Both the position numbers and the translations under genes were made by a program. From Acidobacteriota bacterium (lineage in GTDB: Bacteria > Acidobacteriota > UBA6911 > RPQK01 > JAJDTT01): a stretch of 64,000 nt of DNA. A model generated the notes under the pieces. The model was not told the origin of the DNA and ran no database searches. It saw only the letters and a list, made by a program, of their open reading frames with translations. Below, piece after piece: positions 62,703 to 64,000 of the stretch (positions within the stretch are counted from its first letter, which is position 1; the number at the start of each line of letters is the position of its first letter). Where the stretch lies: NCBI GenBank assembly GCA_965203535.1, contig OZ241897.1:5782169-5846168 (forward strand). The letters are read 5' to 3'.

Positions 62703-63794
62703 CTATGACCTCAAGCCCAGCCCCAGGACCTCCTTGCAGTATCGAACGCTGCGCTCCAACTCGGCCTTCTGGAACGCGGCAGTGGCCTGCTTGACATCGG
62801 CGCCCTCCGGAACCGCAAAAGGCTTCAATGGCGTGCCCCGCTTGGCCAGCGCTACGAACGCGGCGAAATCCCGGGCCAAGGCGGCCGGGTACGGATTCCA
62901 GAAGTCCCGCTCCAGGTAGGGAACGGATCTCTGCACCCCGGAGATGGTCTCCAACTGGATGGGGACGCCGGGACAGAGCCGGGCGAACCGGTCCATGTAG
63001 GTCGCCAGGTCGACGCAGCCGTCCCCCATCGCCGCCCACTGGACGCGGGCGCCGGCCTCGTCCTCCCAGACCATGGAATCCCGGATGCCGCTGGAGGCGG
63101 CGTAGGGACCCAGGATCTCCAGGTTCCGGACCGGATCCTCCAGGCTCCAGGTGGCGTTTCCCGAATCCACCGTCGCGCCCACGAAATCGGTCCCGGCCTC
63201 TTCGATGACCCGGACCGTTTCCCGGGCCTGCATGTCGCCGGCGTGATTCTCGATGGCGATGCGGACTCCCGCGTCAAGCGCCGGGCCCCGCAGCTTCCGA
63301 AACACCTGGACGGTGCTCTTCATGTGGGGTTCGATTCCCTCGGGTCCCAGGCGGTCCTGGCGGGATCCCAGGAAGCAGCGGGCCACGGGCGACCCCAGAA
63401 TCCGGGCGATCCGGATGGTGAGCGCCAGGTGTTCCTCCGCACTGCCGAAGTCGGTCTTGAAGCTGGAGGAGGTGGGACAGATGCTTCCCGTCCCGACGTG
63501 AAGCTGGATGCCGGCGCCTTCCGCCTGCGCCCGAATTTCCTTGAGATGGGACTCGTCGTGACTCTCGTAGACGTAGAGGTCCGAGAGCAGGCAGGAGTCC
63601 AGCCCCAGCTCGGCGGCGTACTCGATCAGGCGCGGCGCCTTCCATCCCAGCGCCCGGATGGAGTAGTTGTCGAACCCCAGCGGGATACGCCGTTCCTTCC
63701 GGCCGGCGGCCTCGGAACGGGAAGAACCGGTCGCGAGCCCCAGCCCGGTCACCGCCAGGACCTGTCCGAACTCGCGACGGCGAATGGTTCCCAT
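62703..63794 (-). CDS. Sugar phosphate isomerase/epimerase (xylose-isomerase-like TIM barrel), Tat-exported
   Basis: Start MGTIRRREFGQVLAVTGLGLATGSS, a twin-arginine signal. ...IAIENHAGD... is typical of the AP-endonuclease-2/xylose-isomerase-like fold. The ORF-track start is 63866. Confidence 0.65.
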   Translation of the reverse strand: MGTIRRREFGQVLAVTGLGLATGSSRSEAAGRKERRIPLGFDNYSIRALGWKAPRLIEYAAELGLDSCLLSDLYVYESHDESHLKEIRAQAEGAGIQLHVGTGSICPTSSSFKTDFGSAEEHLALTIRIARILGSPVARCFLGSRQDRLGPEGIEPHMKSTVQVFRKLRGPALDAGVRIAIENHAGDMQARETVRVIEEAGTDFVGATVDSGNATWSLEDPVRNLEILGPYAASSGIRDSMVWEDEAGARVQWAAMGDGCVDLATYMDRFARLCPGVPIQLETISGVQRSVPYLERDFWNPYPAALARDFAAFVALAKRGTPLKPFAVPEGADVKQATAAFQKAELERSVRYCKEVLGLGLRS

Positions 63795-63862
63795 CTCCTC
63801 ATCCTCTTTCTTGCCGGGAACGCCGGTCCGGCTGGGAATGCCGCCCGGGAAATGCCGGCGTT

Positions 63863-64000
63863 TCAACCCACTGCCGCGCGCCGGCGCCGGACGTCCAGCA
63901 AAGTGGCCACTTCCGCCGGATCGGTGATCTTCTCCCTCAGCTTGCCTCGGCGCCGGCCCCTCTCCTGCTCTTCCCGGTCGATGATATCCCAGTCCGAGAA
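63863..64000 (-). CDS. 3' end of an unidentified gene (partial, runs off window edge)
   Basis: Minus-strand frame ...FSDWDIIDREEQERGRRRGKLREKITDPAEVATLLDVRRRRAAVG* ends at TGA 63865-63863. Confidence 0.3.
   Translation of the reverse strand, partial: FSDWDIIDREEQERGRRRGKLREKITDPAEVATLLDVRRRRAAVG

Noticed and set aside
1-64000. CRISPR arrays, rRNA operons
   Set aside because: The only regularly spaced repeats are the 3 x ~40-bp tandem units at 525-660, which have no spacer structure. There are no 16S or 23S-like conserved stretches.

Overview
High-GC (~65-70%) bacterial chromosomal window, most likely from an Acidobacteria-type genome. That inference rests on a 'VWFA-related acidobacterial domain' secreted protein, Oar-like TonB-dependent-receptor-like outer membrane proteins, and ECF sigma/anti-sigma and ECF sigma/Ser-Thr kinase pairs.

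Content from left to right:
- a 3' MogA-like gene fragment;
- a McrBC type IV restriction cassette bracketed on both sides by mosaic arrays of GC-rich palindromic repeat modules;
- an ECF sigma factor translationally coupled to an anti-sigma protein carrying a periplasmic YfbK-like VWA domain;
- a minus-strand block of glycoside-hydrolase-like proteins, an HpcH aldolase, a DoxX protein, a secreted metallohydrolase-like protein, and two transporters (SSS and SLC13);
- a cluster of secreted and outer-membrane proteins sharing Gly/Arg-rich (RGG/GGF) low-complexity modules;
- a SbcCD-like pair and a PQQ beta-propeller protein;
- a cassette of ECF sigma, Ser/Thr kinase, CDP-alcohol phosphatidyltransferase and GtrA, flanked by two paralogous secreted proteins.

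The most striking feature is a lower-GC island of about 8.7 kb (about 40651-49306). It is bounded by an ~85-bp direct repeat that duplicates the 3' end of the gene it disrupted. It carries a four-gene minus-strand operon: an Mrr-cat nuclease (apparently frameshifted), a 445-aa unknown protein, a double-HKD phospholipase-D-family protein and a 1071-aa SF2 helicase. This is a candidate undescribed defence system.

Further right are:
- a FAD-linked ADPS-like oxidase plus SDR pair, a possible ether-lipid module;
- an SSS transporter and a MetE-like protein;
- a VapBC toxin-antitoxin pair beside an AAA-ATPase gene remnant;
- an unusual Hsp70-TPR protein translationally coupled to a UvrD-like helicase;
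- a sugar-acid dehydratase and a sugar-phosphate isomerase.

No rRNA, tRNA or CRISPR arrays were recognised. The ORF track evidently treats GTG/TTG as Met, so several N-termini listed there are over-extended. I have trimmed them where sequence features supported it: an RBS, a signal peptide, or a 4-bp overlap with the upstream stop.
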